Program-made: the position numbers and the translations under genes
Assembly: GCA_039028615.1 (NCBI GenBank)
Contig: JBCCHT010000003.1
Span: 192,001 to 256,000 of the forward strand
From: Myxococcota bacterium
GTDB lineage: Bacteria > Myxococcota_A > Polyangia > Nannocystales > Nannocystaceae
Length of the DNA stretch: 64,000 bases
Reading direction: 5' to 3'
Shown: piece after piece, positions 7,399 through 18,016 of the stretch
Layout of the letters: every line of letters begins with the position of its first letter
Position numbering within the stretch: position 1 is the stretch's first letter
Notes under the pieces: generated by a model
What the model saw: only the letters and a program-made list of their open reading frames with translations
Databases searched by the model: none
Told to the model about the DNA's origin: nothing

Positions 7399-10398
7399 CT
7401 ACTGCCCCTTGCCGCCCAGCCAGTCGCGGACTTCGGCGCGGTAGGGGCTGTCTTCGCTGAGCCCGGCGAGCGCATCGCGGGCGAGGCGGAGGGCTCGGTT
7501 GCGGGTGTCTCCGTCGGGCTTGGTGCTGAGCAGGGCGCGGGCCAGCGCAAAGCGAGCGCGGGCGAGGGGCTCGCTCAGCGTGGGTTGCTGGGTGAGCAGC
7601 GGGATCGCTTCTTCGAGCGACGCCCGGGCATCAGCGGCCTGCCCCAAGTCGAGCAGCGTGATCCCGAGGTCGAGCAGGGTCTCACCGCGCCGTGGATTGA
7701 GCGGCTCGCCCAGGCCCCGGTACACCGCGATGGCCTCGCGCAGCAAGGGGAGAGCGCGATCGTTGCGACCCTGCTGGTTGAGCAAGCGGCCGAGCGCGCG
7801 CGCGGTGTCGGCCGAGACCAGGGCCGCCTCGGGGGGCAGGTGGCCGCGGAGGCCTTCGGCGCGCTCGAGCGTCTCGCGGGCTTCGTCGACGTGACCGGCC
7901 TCGACCAGGGTGGTGCCCAGCCGGGTGAGCAGGTCGACGTGGTCGGGGTGGGTAGGCCCGTGGGCATCCTTGATGAGGGTGACCGCCTTGCGCAGGTGCT
8001 CGACCGCCGCGTCGTACTCGCCCGCGTGGCGTAGGGCCTCGGCCAGGTTGCCGCGCAGGCCCACGCGCTCGGTCGAGCCCGTGCCCTCGTTGCTCTCCAT
8101 GATCTCGAGCGCGCGTTCGAAGAGCTCGCGGGCTTCGTCGTGCCAGCCCAGGTCGTCCCGAAGCGCCCCCAGGTTGCCCAGCATGGCTGCGACGCGCGGG
8201 TGCTTGCTGCCGTGGACCTGCTCGAAGATCGACAACGCGCGCTCGAGGTGGGGCAGGGCCTTGGAGAGCTTGCCGCCCGCGTAGAGGGTGGCGCCGAGGT
8301 TCTGGTTCGCGCGCCCGACATCGGGGTGGTTCTCGCCGAGCAGCTTGCGGCTGAGCTCCAGGACCGCGGTGAACTCGCGCTGCGCTTCGTCCACCTCGCC
8401 CAAGGCCATGAGCGCCAAGCCCAAGATGCGATGCGCCTCCAGCAGCGCGGTCTCGTCGTGCTCGTGGTCGTCGAGGGCATCGACCGCTCGCTCGAAGGCG
8501 ACCCGGGCCTCGTCGAGGCGACCCGCGACCCGATACAGCTCGCCTTCGGCGACCAGCAGCTTGGTGCGCAGCGGGTCGTCGTCCTCGCGCCCGCGCAGCC
8601 ACGCCTTGGCCTGCACGACCCACTGCTCGGCCTCGGCCGTGCGCGCGTGCTGGACCCCCAGCCAATGCACCAGTCGCGTGCTGGCGGTGACCGCCAGCGG
8701 GGCGTGCCGGGCCTGCACCGCGTCGGAGTAGGCCCGCTGGTACCACCGGGCGGCATCGGCCGCGTCGCGGGCCTTCTCGGTGAGGTCCCCCTGCAGCAGC
8801 ATGACTTCGCCGTGCAGCAGCGGGGCCTCGAGCAGCCTCGCCTGGTCTTCGATCTGGTCGGCGAGCAGGCTGGCCTCCGCCGTTCGACCGGCGCGACGCA
8901 GGGCCCGGGCCCGGGCCAGGCGCTGGTCTTCGGCCTCGACCTTGCCCGCGACCTCGGGGGCGGTGGAGCGCCCGCGGTCACGCAGGGCCTCGAGGTCGGC
9001 GCAGCGCTCGGTGGGCGGCAGGGCGGTCACCATCCCCGCCGCGCGCTGGAGCGTGCTGACGCTGACGTCGCCCGAGAGCGTCTCGACGGTGGCGTCGAAC
9101 TCGGCCTGGTGGCGGCGCAGGCAGGCCATGCGCAGGTCGAAGGCCTCGGCCGATTGCTCTCCGCGTACCCGAGTGGCCTCGCAGCTGTTGACGTAGCCGT
9201 CGGCCCACGTGTTGGCGTAGGTCTCGAGCTGGGCCGAGATCCGCTGCGAAGTATCGGCGGCGTAGCCGAGGTTGGTCGCCATCAACGACTCGTGCACCGT
9301 CTGCTGACGGGTGGTGCCCCACAGCTGGGCGCTGAGGGCCTCGACCTCGGGGCAGGGAGGCTCTTGCGAGTTGCTGGCCACCTGCACCACCACGACGGTG
9401 CCGGCCAGCACCGCACCCACGCCGAGCCAGGCCCAGCGCATCCGGGCCTGCCACGGGTCGTAGCCGAGCGCATGCAGCAGCTCTTCCATCGAGGCGTAGC
9501 GGTCGTCGGCACGCGGGCAGAGCCCGCGCTGCACGATGCGGTAGAGCCAGCTGGGGACCTGGGCCGCGGCCTCGGGCTCGAAGGCGGCTTCTTCCTTGGC
9601 ATCGAGCAGCAGGCGCGGATCCTTGTGTGCGAAGGGGCGCCGCCCGAACAGGCCCTCGAAGAGCGCCACGCAGTAGGCGTATTGATCGGAGCGAGCGTCG
9701 ACGGGGTCGCCCCGCAGCTGCTCGGGGGACATGTACGCGGGCGTGCCGACGACCTCGCCCGACTCGGTGACCGTCTCGCCTCCGACCTCACCGGGCTCGC
9801 CCGAGCTCCAGTGATCCATGATCTCCTCTTCGCCGCGGGCACGGGCGAGCCCGAAGTCGGTCACCATCACTCGCCCCTTGTTGCCCATGAGGACATTGGA
9901 GGGCTTGAAGTCGCGGTGGATGATCCCTGTCTGGTGGGCGGCGAGCAGGCCCCGGCCCGCCTGGATGAACACGTCCACCACCTCGCGCCAGGGGCGACTC
10001 TTCTTGCGCAGCCACTTGCTCAGCGTGGTGCCGTCCACGTACTCCATCGCGATGTAGACCAGGCTGCCCACCGGCTCCACGTCGTACACGGGCACGATGT
10101 TGGCGTGGCTGAGCTGGGCCATCGCGCGAGCCTCTCGCAGGATGCGAGTCTCGGCTCGGGGTCCACTGGAGCCTCCGCGTCGATCGAAGCGGAGCATCTT
10201 GAGGGCGACCTCGCGGCGAAGCTTGGGGTCGTAGGCGCGGTGCACCACGCCCATGCCTCCTGCGCCGATCTGCTCGAGAACCACGTAGCGATCGAGACTG
10301 CCGCTGGCTTCTTCTGCCGGACCGGTCGTCTCTCGCTCTCGGGGCACGACGGCGAGGCCCTGGGTGACCTCGTCGTCGACATCGATGCTCGTCGACAC
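7399..10398 (-). CDS. Ser/Thr protein kinase with TM segment and C-terminal TPR repeats
   Basis: IGAGGMGVV, VALK, HRDFKPSN, DFG, GTPAYMSPEQ; TM segment; TPRs such as LGENHPDVGRANQNLG. Confidence 0.92.
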   Translation of the reverse strand: MSTSIDVDDEVTQGLAVVPRERETTGPAEEASGSLDRYVVLEQIGAGGMGVVHRAYDPKLRREVALKMLRFDRRGGSSGPRAETRILREARAMAQLSHANIVPVYDVEPVGSLVYIAMEYVDGTTLSKWLRKKSRPWREVVDVFIQAGRGLLAAHQTGIIHRDFKPSNVLMGNKGRVMVTDFGLARARGEEEIMDHWSSGEPGEVGGETVTESGEVVGTPAYMSPEQLRGDPVDARSDQYAYCVALFEGLFGRRPFAHKDPRLLLDAKEEAAFEPEAAAQVPSWLYRIVQRGLCPRADDRYASMEELLHALGYDPWQARMRWAWLGVGAVLAGTVVVVQVASNSQEPPCPEVEALSAQLWGTTRQQTVHESLMATNLGYAADTSQRISAQLETYANTWADGYVNSCEATRVRGEQSAEAFDLRMACLRRHQAEFDATVETLSGDVSVSTLQRAAGMVTALPPTERCADLEALRDRGRSTAPEVAGKVEAEDQRLARARALRRAGRTAEASLLADQIEDQARLLEAPLLHGEVMLLQGDLTEKARDAADAARWYQRAYSDAVQARHAPLAVTASTRLVHWLGVQHARTAEAEQWVVQAKAWLRGREDDDPLRTKLLVAEGELYRVAGRLDEARVAFERAVDALDDHEHDETALLEAHRILGLALMALGEVDEAQREFTAVLELSRKLLGENHPDVGRANQNLGATLYAGGKLSKALPHLERALSIFEQVHGSKHPRVAAMLGNLGALRDDLGWHDEARELFERALEIMESNEGTGSTERVGLRGNLAEALRHAGEYDAAVEHLRKAVTLIKDAHGPTHPDHVDLLTRLGTTLVEAGHVDEARETLERAEGLRGHLPPEAALVSADTARALGRLLNQQGRNDRALPLLREAIAVYRGLGEPLNPRRGETLLDLGITLLDLGQAADARASLEEAIPLLTQQPTLSEPLARARFALARALLSTKPDGDTRNRALRLARDALAGLSEDSPYRAEVRDWLGGKGQ

Positions 10399-10510
10399 CA
10401 GCCACGATTGTACGCCCGGTGATGCAGTGCGTGCGCTCGGCCGCGGACCAAAGGGTCAGACCAGCGTTTTGCCGGATGGCTCGTGGCCGAGACCACGACG
10501 GATCGTCGAT

Positions 10511-11365
10511 CTACGCCGTGCGGTTCGTGTTTCGCCCGCGAAGGTTCCAGGGCCGGGTGAGGGTGGCCCCGATGCATGCGGACCAACCAACGGCCCAGGA
10601 TTGGACACTTGTCTCTCCGCCGAGCGATGCGGCCGAGATCGCGACCAGGGTGATGACCATGGCTCCCTGCACACGATCTCGGCGAAGCAGGGCATGAGGG
10701 CTGGTATCGCACTCGGAGGACGGGGCAGGTTGGGTCGCGATCACGACCGCGAAGAGCACCGCGACGACCCACGCTCCCATCGTCCAGGTGCCGAGTTCGC
10801 CCACCGTAATCTCTGGATGCCCGGTGGCCATGGCGACGGCCGCCACGACGGCGGCGAGGCCTGCCCACAACCAACCGCGCGCGGCCGCGGTCGGAAGCAG
10901 GGCGTCGAGTCCAAACGCAGCCACGGCCGCGAGTCCTAGCGCAAGGCTGTGCGGGCCGCGGCCCACGGCGAGCAAGAACACCAAGATCGCGATGCGGTCG
11001 CCGGTCTTGGCGGGGGGACCCACCGTGCGGTTGACCAGTCGGGCCAGCACCAGCACGAGCATCGGCTCGAAGAACAGCGGGTACACGCCGACCACGATCG
11101 CGGCCGTGACCGGGGCCAGGGCCACGAACGCGGCGACGTTGTCGTCGGGGGCGATTTCTCGCGTCAGCGCCCAGGTGGTGAACAAGATCAGCGAGCCCAG
11201 CAAGCCGCCCAGCAGTGCGTCGGCCGGGCCCGCGCCGCGGATCAACGAGGTGACGCTCAAGGCGACCACGGTGACGCCCATGACGAGCAGGATCGCCAGG
11301 TTGGTGGGATAGCGGGGCTCCACCGGGCGCGCGACGGCGGAGTAACGATGAATCGGATGGCCCAC
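10511..11365 (-). CDS. Multi-pass membrane protein, unknown function
   Basis: About 8 hydrophobic segments; WALTREIAPDD motif. Confidence 0.65.
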   Translation of the reverse strand: MGHPIHRYSAVARPVEPRYPTNLAILLVMGVTVVALSVTSLIRGAGPADALLGGLLGSLILFTTWALTREIAPDDNVAAFVALAPVTAAIVVGVYPLFFEPMLVLVLARLVNRTVGPPAKTGDRIAILVFLLAVGRGPHSLALGLAAVAAFGLDALLPTAAARGWLWAGLAAVVAAVAMATGHPEITVGELGTWTMGAWVVAVLFAVVIATQPAPSSECDTSPHALLRRDRVQGAMVITLVAISAASLGGETSVQSWAVGWSACIGATLTRPWNLRGRNTNRTA

Positions 11366-11425
11366 GATGCAGCCTGGATCGTGGACGCGTGTTCGGGCGC
11401 GGTCAACCGGGGGCGGGCGACCGCG

Positions 11426-12721
11426 TCAGGGCAGCACGCGCCCCATCCACGACTCGAGCACGGGGACGGGCTCCTCGTCGATGATCTGCTCGGCGATGAC
11501 GCGGGTGCCCGTGGCCAGCACGCCGCCGTCGGGCTCCACGCGAACGCCCTGGATCTGGGCGAACTGGGAGACCAGCGGCACCGCGACGTAGTGGCCCCAG
11601 CGCAGCTCGGCCTGCCGGTCGACCTTGGCGATCCACGGCTGTCCCCAGTTGCGCGGGCCCAGGTCACCGCCTCCGCCGAACACGATGCTTCCGCAGGGAT
11701 CGAAGGCCACGGTGGCGATCGTCTCGAGCCAGCCGATGTCGATGCTGCTGCGGCTCCACCGGACGTTGCCGCCGCGGCCGAGTAACACGATGAGGTCGGG
11801 CTGATGGGGCGGGGTGGGATCGCGACCCGCCAGCACGACTTCGCCCTGCGGGTCGGCATCCATCGCGAGCAGCCGCAGCGGCGAGCCGAGGTCGACGAGG
11901 CTGTCCCACGACCAGACCTCCTTGCCCTGCGCGTCGAGGCCGAGCAGGACGACGTACTCGATGCCGTTGTCGGTGCGGCGCTGCTCGGCGTGCACGATGC
12001 CGCCGTCGCCATCGACCGCCACCTTCGGAGGCGCGCTGACCCCTTCGTCGAAGCTCAGGCTCCACAGCGCCTGGCCGTTTTCGTCGAACTTGGTGACCCA
12101 CGATTGATCGGGGGCTTCGCCGGGCTCGTCGGTGGAGCGTCGTCCCACCAGCACCAGCTCGCCCCAGCGGTCGATCGCCAGATCGGTCGCGACGTCGTCG
12201 GTGAGCGGCGAGTCCTCGAAGGTCGCCTTCCACTTCAGCTCTCGCTCGGCATCGTAGCTGTGGAGCAAGGGGACCCGCCCGTAGGCGGCGAGCGAGTGGC
12301 CGGCGACGATGGGGTGCCCCTGCGCGTCGAGGACCATCGAGTTGCAGGTCCAGCTGGGATCGGAGACGAGCCACTGTCGCAGGCCGTCCTCTTCCCAGCG
12401 GCTGAGGCAGCCGTCGACCACGAACAGGTCGCCGTCGACCCCGCGCGCGATGGCCTGGCCACCCCCCACCGCGACCGTGGTGACCACGGTGGACGACCAG
12501 TCGGGTTGCCCGGTGATCACCTCGGAGCACTGCGACTGGTCCCAGGTGTCGGCGGTATCCACCGCCGTGGTGCTCTCGTCGGCGCCGTCGCTGGAGCTGC
12601 TGGAATCGGTGCTCGGCAGGCCCGTGCTGCTCGATCCTGCCTCCGGGGCGCTGCCCGAGGACGACGACTGGCCGCACGCGATCAAACACGCGATCGCGGA
12701 CGCTGCGAGCCGACGGGGCAT
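11426..12721 (-). CDS. Lipoprotein with beta-propeller-like repeats
   Basis: Lipobox CLIAC, Ser-rich linker, repeated D-x-x-G...W motifs (KFDENGQALW, GLDAQGKEVW). Confidence 0.6.
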   Translation of the reverse strand: MPRRLAASAIACLIACGQSSSSGSAPEAGSSSTGLPSTDSSSSSDGADESTTAVDTADTWDQSQCSEVITGQPDWSSTVVTTVAVGGGQAIARGVDGDLFVVDGCLSRWEEDGLRQWLVSDPSWTCNSMVLDAQGHPIVAGHSLAAYGRVPLLHSYDAERELKWKATFEDSPLTDDVATDLAIDRWGELVLVGRRSTDEPGEAPDQSWVTKFDENGQALWSLSFDEGVSAPPKVAVDGDGGIVHAEQRRTDNGIEYVVLLGLDAQGKEVWSWDSLVDLGSPLRLLAMDADPQGEVVLAGRDPTPPHQPDLIVLLGRGGNVRWSRSSIDIGWLETIATVAFDPCGSIVFGGGGDLGPRNWGQPWIAKVDRQAELRWGHYVAVPLVSQFAQIQGVRVEPDGGVLATGTRVIAEQIIDEEPVPVLESWMGRVLP

Positions 12722-12804
12722 GGATCATTGATAGCAGACTCGTCGGAGCGATGCCCGCGGACCGACGCTCGGGTCGAGCGGTTCGGGCGCGTCCGAGCAC
12801 GGGC

Positions 12805-14007
12805 TCAGGGGGTCTTCATCGTCACCACGACGCTCAGTCCGCCCAGGTCGCTGGTGGTGGCGACCACCGAGCCCTCGGCGGCGTCGACCATGCGCGACAC
12901 GATGCTGAGCCCGAGCCCGTGCCCGCCTTCGGCCCGCTGGCGGCTCTCGTCCAGGCGCACGAAGGGCTCGAAGATCCGCTCGCGATCGGCTTCGGGCACT
13001 CCAGGGCCGTCGTCGTCGACCCGCAGCTCGACTCCTTCGTCGTTCGCCTGAAGCTTTACGCGCACCGTCGAGCTCGCGTAGCGCAGCGCGTTGTCCACGA
13101 GGTTGTCGATCACCCGGGCGAGCAGCGGCAGGTCGCCCGCAAAGGGCAGCTGCTCGGGTGCCTCGATGCGAACCTCGGTTCCCGCCGGGGTCTCCAGTCG
13201 AGCCACTCGGCTCCGGACGAGCTCCGCCAGATCGATCGTCTCATGCTGCGGTGCTTCGCCGGCCCGAGCGTAGTAGCGAACCTCGTCGGCCAGCCGCTGC
13301 AAGTCGTCCAGCGCGTGCTCGAGCCGCTGGACCTGCAGCCGTCGGTCGTCCTCGTCGACCGCCTCCAGCACCAACGCCGACGCCACCCGGGCCGCGGCCA
13401 GCGGGGTCCGATACTCGTGGGCAATCGCCTGCACGAGCGCGCGCTGAGCCTCGAAGTTGGCCTGGACGCGATCGGCCATGCGGTTGAAGTGTCCCGCGAG
13501 CTCGGCGACTTCGTCGTGTCCCCCCAGCCGGGCCCGGGCGTCGTAGCGCCCCGCCGCAAACTCTCCCACGTGACCCGCCAGCTTCCGTACCCGTCGTACC
13601 AGCGGAAGCGTGAGCAACACGGCCGAGCCCAGCGCGATCGTCAGCGACAGGGCCAGGGTGATCTGCAAGGTCGAGCCGGGCGCCCAATCCCAAACGAAGC
13701 GGCCGGCCTCGATCTCCTGCCCCCGCCCCGCATCGATGGTGACCAAGTAGTAGTCCTCGACGGTGTGCACCCGGGTCCGTCCCACGCGGGCGACCTCTTC
13801 GTCGTCGTTGCGCGCGGGCAGCAGGTCTTCGGGCGCGGCCGAGTCCAGCAATCGCTCGGAGATCCCGTCGAAGGCCAGCGCCAGCTGGTGGGTCTCCTGG
13901 CTCGTCATGGCCTCGTCGGTGAACCAGACGACGAGCACGCTCGCGGCCAGCAGCGCAGCGAAGACGACGGTGGTGGTGAGTCCCAGTCGATACGTCGTGG
14001 GCTTCAT
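12805..14007 (-). CDS. Sensor histidine kinase (HAMP-HisKA-HATPase)
   Basis: AHEYRTPL, NLVDNALRY, VDDDGPG, FEPF, GHGLGL; start overlaps regulator stop (ATGA). Confidence 0.92.
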   Translation of the reverse strand: MKPTTYRLGLTTTVVFAALLAASVLVVWFTDEAMTSQETHQLALAFDGISERLLDSAAPEDLLPARNDDEEVARVGRTRVHTVEDYYLVTIDAGRGQEIEAGRFVWDWAPGSTLQITLALSLTIALGSAVLLTLPLVRRVRKLAGHVGEFAAGRYDARARLGGHDEVAELAGHFNRMADRVQANFEAQRALVQAIAHEYRTPLAAARVASALVLEAVDEDDRRLQVQRLEHALDDLQRLADEVRYYARAGEAPQHETIDLAELVRSRVARLETPAGTEVRIEAPEQLPFAGDLPLLARVIDNLVDNALRYASSTVRVKLQANDEGVELRVDDDGPGVPEADRERIFEPFVRLDESRQRAEGGHGLGLSIVSRMVDAAEGSVVATTSDLGGLSVVVTMKTP

Positions 14008-14687
14008 CGGCGGACCGCCCACAGGTAGCCCGTGCCTCGAACGGAGCGCAGCCAGGCGCTCGCGGCCTCGCCGAGCTTCTTGCGGACCCGAGACACCCGC
14101 AGGTCGATGGAGCGATCGATGCCGTCGTAGGGCACGCCGCGGAGCTGCTGGTGGAGCTGCTCGCGGGTGACCACTTCACCCGCTCGGGACGCCAGGGTCC
14201 ACACGAGCTCGAACTCGGCCGTGGTGAGCTGACGATCGATGCCGCCGATGGTCAGCTCGTGGCGCCCCGCGTCGATGACGATGTCCTCGAAGGTGAGGCG
14301 CTGCGCCTGCCCGGCCGGGGTCTGGGTGCGGCGCAGCGCGGTGCGGATGCGGGCCACCAAGACCCGTGGATCGACCGGCTTTTTGATGTAGTCGTCGGCG
14401 CCCGCTTCGAGGCCCACGATCTCGTCGACATCGTCGACCCGGGCGGTGAGCATGAGGATCGGCCCGCGAAAGTCGGGTCGTACGCGGCGGCAGACCTCGA
14501 GCCCGTCGAGGCCCGGCAGCATGAGGTCGAGCAGCACCAGGTCCGGTGCATCGCGGGTGATGGCCTCCGCGCCGCGTAGCCCGTCCGACTCGTGCCGCAC
14601 CCCGAACCCGTGGCGCTGCAGGTAGTCGACGAGCAGCGTCGCCAGGTTCTCGTCGTCCTCGACGAGCAACACCATGGTGGGAGCCAT
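14004..14687 (-). CDS. OmpR-family response regulator
   Basis: VLLVEDD, LLDLMLPGLDG, GADDYIKKP, winged helix RSIDLRVSRVRKKL...VRGTGY; C-terminal part of ORF 14004..15812. Confidence 0.92.
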   Translation of the reverse strand: MAPTMVLLVEDDENLATLLVDYLQRHGFGVRHESDGLRGAEAITRDAPDLVLLDLMLPGLDGLEVCRRVRPDFRGPILMLTARVDDVDEIVGLEAGADDYIKKPVDPRVLVARIRTALRRTQTPAGQAQRLTFEDIVIDAGRHELTIGGIDRQLTTAEFELVWTLASRAGEVVTREQLHQQLRGVPYDGIDRSIDLRVSRVRKKLGEAASAWLRSVRGTGYLWAVRR

Positions 14688-14752
14688 CGTCTCCACGATA
14701 GCGTGTCGCTGGGGCGTGCGAAGGGGGAGATACGAACGGATACGAAGTCGGC

Positions 14753-16273
14753 TCAGATGCCGCGACCTCGCCGGATCGGGGCGCGCGCGGTGGCGACCCG
14801 TGCTGGCGTTCGGTCGCCGCGGGGAGTGACGGCGGCGCGGCGTCGCGCCCTCGAGCCGGGCACGGTTGCGGTGGGGTCGATCCGCTGCGCCTCGCGGAGT
14901 CCCGAGCGGAACGCACCGTGGACGGTCGCCGGCGAGGCTGCATCGGTGGCTTCGCCGGCAAAGAGGACCCGCCCGTCGACCGGCTCGGCGAGGACGCCGA
15001 CGTCTCGTGGTTGTTGCCCGAGCTTGGCGTAGCTGTAGCTCCCGCGGGCAAAGGGGTCCGAGCTCCAGCGCGTGACCACGCTGTCGGTGGGCGCGGGCAG
15101 CTGTACCCCGGCCGCCTCGCTCAGCACGGCCAGCGCCCGCTCGACGAGCTGCGCGTCGGTCATGGTGTCTTGAGCGACCTGCGCCCAACGTCCCGAGTAC
15201 AGGCACGCCAACGTCGGCACTCCGGTCGGCGCCGACATGTCGAACCAGGACGAAAACCGCCGCGCCCCACCCGTGCCCGCGTAGTAGAGCAGGTCGAACG
15301 ACTCGTCGCCCCACCACGGCTCGTCCCAGGCGAGCACGATCTTCTCGAAGGAGCCGAAGCCCGTGCGGGCGATCGCGTCCCGCTTGGCCGGCGGCAGCGG
15401 GGGCTCGAACTCGATGCTCCCGGCCTGCAGTACCCCGAGCGGCACCGTGACGATGACGTGAGAGCCCACCACGGTCTCGCCTTCGAGCTGGACCTCCACG
15501 CCATCCTCGGCGCGGCGAATCGCCCGTACGGGAGCGCCCGTGCGGATCTCGAGCCCGGCGGCGAGCCGCTCCACTACCACCCCGTAGCCTCCTTCGATCA
15601 CCTCGTCGCCGCCGCGGGTGGGGTCTTCTTCCGAGTGAATCCATAGCCATGGCGACAGCTCGTCGATCGGCCCCGACGACGCACTGAGCACCAGCTCGAG
15701 CACGAAGCGGGCGCGCTCCCGGGCCGCGCCGCTCACCGATCGCGTGTCGAGGTACGCTTCGATGAGGTCGCTGGCGCTGGCTTCCGGGTCGTTGGCGATC
15801 TCCAGGGACCACGCATCCCGCTCGAAGCGCTCGACCGTTCTCAGCAACGCGAGCAGCTCGTCGTCGTCCACCGAGCGCCCGTCGATCGCGTCATAGATCC
15901 AGCCCGGGTCGAGATCGTGGGGCGTGCGACGTAGACCGATCGCGTCGGCATAGTCCGCGACCGGGTTGTTGGTCGCACCGTGGATCCACGCCCCGCCCAG
16001 GTCGGCTCGGCCTCCGCCGAAGTTCGCGGTGAAGGTGCGCCCACCCAAGCGATCACGACCCTCGACGACGACCACCTTCCAGCCCGCGTCGTGCAGCGCG
16101 CGGGCGGCGGTCAGACCGGCCATGCCCGCGCCCACCACGATGATCGACTCATGGGCACTCGGCGGCTCTGCGCCCCCGAGGGGCTCCGGTTGCCGACATC
16201 CACCGAGGGCGGCTGCACCCGCGGCCCAGGCGACCGTCTTGCCGAACAATGCGATGAAATCTCGACGCTCCAC
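14753..16273 (-). CDS. Tat-exported flavin amine/polyamine oxidase family lipoprotein
   Basis: (M)ERRDFIAL twin-Arg signal ending GGC; VVGAGMAGL, RLGGR, LGGAWIHG, GSYS, FAGEAT...TVHGAFRSGLREA. Confidence 0.88.
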   Translation of the reverse strand: MERRDFIALFGKTVAWAAGAAALGGCRQPEPLGGAEPPSAHESIIVVGAGMAGLTAARALHDAGWKVVVVEGRDRLGGRTFTANFGGGRADLGGAWIHGATNNPVADYADAIGLRRTPHDLDPGWIYDAIDGRSVDDDELLALLRTVERFERDAWSLEIANDPEASASDLIEAYLDTRSVSGAARERARFVLELVLSASSGPIDELSPWLWIHSEEDPTRGGDEVIEGGYGVVVERLAAGLEIRTGAPVRAIRRAEDGVEVQLEGETVVGSHVIVTVPLGVLQAGSIEFEPPLPPAKRDAIARTGFGSFEKIVLAWDEPWWGDESFDLLYYAGTGGARRFSSWFDMSAPTGVPTLACLYSGRWAQVAQDTMTDAQLVERALAVLSEAAGVQLPAPTDSVVTRWSSDPFARGSYSYAKLGQQPRDVGVLAEPVDGRVLFAGEATDAASPATVHGAFRSGLREAQRIDPTATVPGSRARRRAAVTPRGDRTPARVATARAPIRRGRGI

Positions 16274-16350
16274 GCCTACACCGTGAACGACCCCGACCGA
16301 TCGCCCAGGCGAGTCGTGTCGTCGTTTCGTGTCGGAGTGTATCCGCGGCC

Positions 16351-17895
16351 CTAGGGCGTCGCGACCGGGGCGTCCTGCTGTCCGCGGCCGGCCAGCGGCG
16401 GCAGGGTGCTGCAGAACAGCTCTTCTTCGTAGAAGTAGCCGACGAACTCGACCGCGCTGCTGCCCACGTCGACGAGCATGAGGGCCAGCGGGAGCGGAGA
16501 GAAGCCGCCGTTGCACTGGGCCTTTTGGTCGATGGTGCGTGAGAGCTCGCCGAGCTGGGCCTTGGCCACGGCGGCGTTGCTCTGGCGACCGGGCTCGTAG
16601 CGCGACAGTTGCTTGAGGGCGCCGCGATCGTCGGTGCGGAAGGAGCCGGGCTCGGTGGCCCAGGTGCCGGGCGACTCGTTGGCGCTCGGCTGGCGCAGCT
16701 GCTCGACGACGCCCGCGACCATGGAGCGAACCGCGGTCAGGTCCTGCTCGGCGTAGCGGCGCCGCGAGGGCTGACAGACGGACTCGAGCGCGCCCCCGAG
16801 GGCGGACAGGGCCCCGGCTCGGGCGGCGAGATCGAGCCACTGCGGGTCGAGGTGGCCGCTGGCGGCCGCGACCGCGCGAGCGCCCGCGTCGGCGAGCTCG
16901 GCCGGATAGTCGCGACCGAGGTCGGAGGCGCAGGAGGACGGGATGTGCACGGCGGGCTCGACCACGCCGATGCGCAGGCCATCGGCCATGTGCAGCTGGG
17001 GCGAGGGGCACGCGCCGCCCGGCTCGGTGCAGGACTCGACGGTCGCGAGGTACTCCCACGCCTTGTTGCCGCACTCGTATTGATCCCACGCGGCACCGCT
17101 GCCGAAGTCGGCGCGTTGCTTGGGCTCCCGGAAGGCGCGCAGCTCCTGTCGCCAGCCCCGGAACGAGCGCTCGAGCTCGGCGCGATAGGCATTGGCGAGC
17201 AGGCTGTCGGCGTGGCTGACGAAGGGCGCGAGCTTGGCCTCGGAGGCGGTCAGGCCCTCGTCGATGGAGGTCATCAGGGGCTCGCAGCTGCCGACCGAAA
17301 ACCTCCGCAGGTCCGCCCAGGTGCGGCGATCGAGCGAGGGCTCGGTGAGCACCATGATCGCGTCGGCCCCCAGCATGGCCTCGTCTTTTCTGGCCCACTG
17401 GGTGTTGAGGGTCGTGTCTTGGACGGAGTAGGTCGGGCGTCCGAAGACGTCGCGGGACCCGTCGGGCACGACCCGCTGGTACATCGGAAGCTCGCCGCGC
17501 TCGGTGAGCAGCGCGTCGAGCATCTTGCCGCCGCGCGCGACGACCTTGGTCTCCGGGCTGAGGGCGGTGACCAGGTCAACGCCGCGTTTTTCCCACATCG
17601 CGCCGCGCATCGAAGCGCCGAACATGAGGGCGACGGCGGGGCGACCCTGGAGCTGCTGGGCGAGCGCATCGACGTCCCCGGCGACCTGCATGGGCGGGGT
17701 CCAGTCGGTGGGCGTCGGGGGCACGGGCAGCGTGGCGTCGGCCAGGGCGGGAGCGGGAGGAACGTCGCCGAGCTCCACCGGGGCGAGCGTCTGGGAGCCG
17801 GGCCCGGCGGCGGGCGTGCAGGCCGAGGTCATCGCGGCCAGCGGCGCGGTGATGGCGAGACCGAGCAGGGCACGATGACGACGTTCGATCGACAT
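16351..17895 (-). CDS. Putative lipoprotein, unknown function
   Basis: Signal peptide ending TSAC; 514-aa ORF with protein-like composition. Confidence 0.6.
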   Translation of the reverse strand: MSIERRHRALLGLAITAPLAAMTSACTPAAGPGSQTLAPVELGDVPPAPALADATLPVPPTPTDWTPPMQVAGDVDALAQQLQGRPAVALMFGASMRGAMWEKRGVDLVTALSPETKVVARGGKMLDALLTERGELPMYQRVVPDGSRDVFGRPTYSVQDTTLNTQWARKDEAMLGADAIMVLTEPSLDRRTWADLRRFSVGSCEPLMTSIDEGLTASEAKLAPFVSHADSLLANAYRAELERSFRGWRQELRAFREPKQRADFGSGAAWDQYECGNKAWEYLATVESCTEPGGACPSPQLHMADGLRIGVVEPAVHIPSSCASDLGRDYPAELADAGARAVAAASGHLDPQWLDLAARAGALSALGGALESVCQPSRRRYAEQDLTAVRSMVAGVVEQLRQPSANESPGTWATEPGSFRTDDRGALKQLSRYEPGRQSNAAVAKAQLGELSRTIDQKAQCNGGFSPLPLALMLVDVGSSAVEFVGYFYEEELFCSTLPPLAGRGQQDAPVATP

Positions 17896-18016
17896 GCGGC
17901 GAGCCTAGGCGCGTGAATCCGCGACCGTCAATGGCTCGGGGGTGCCGGGGGGCGGGGAGTGGTCGAGCCCACGGGCCGATGCACCGATTCGTGCCGAGCG
18001 TGCGCCTTCGCGCCCT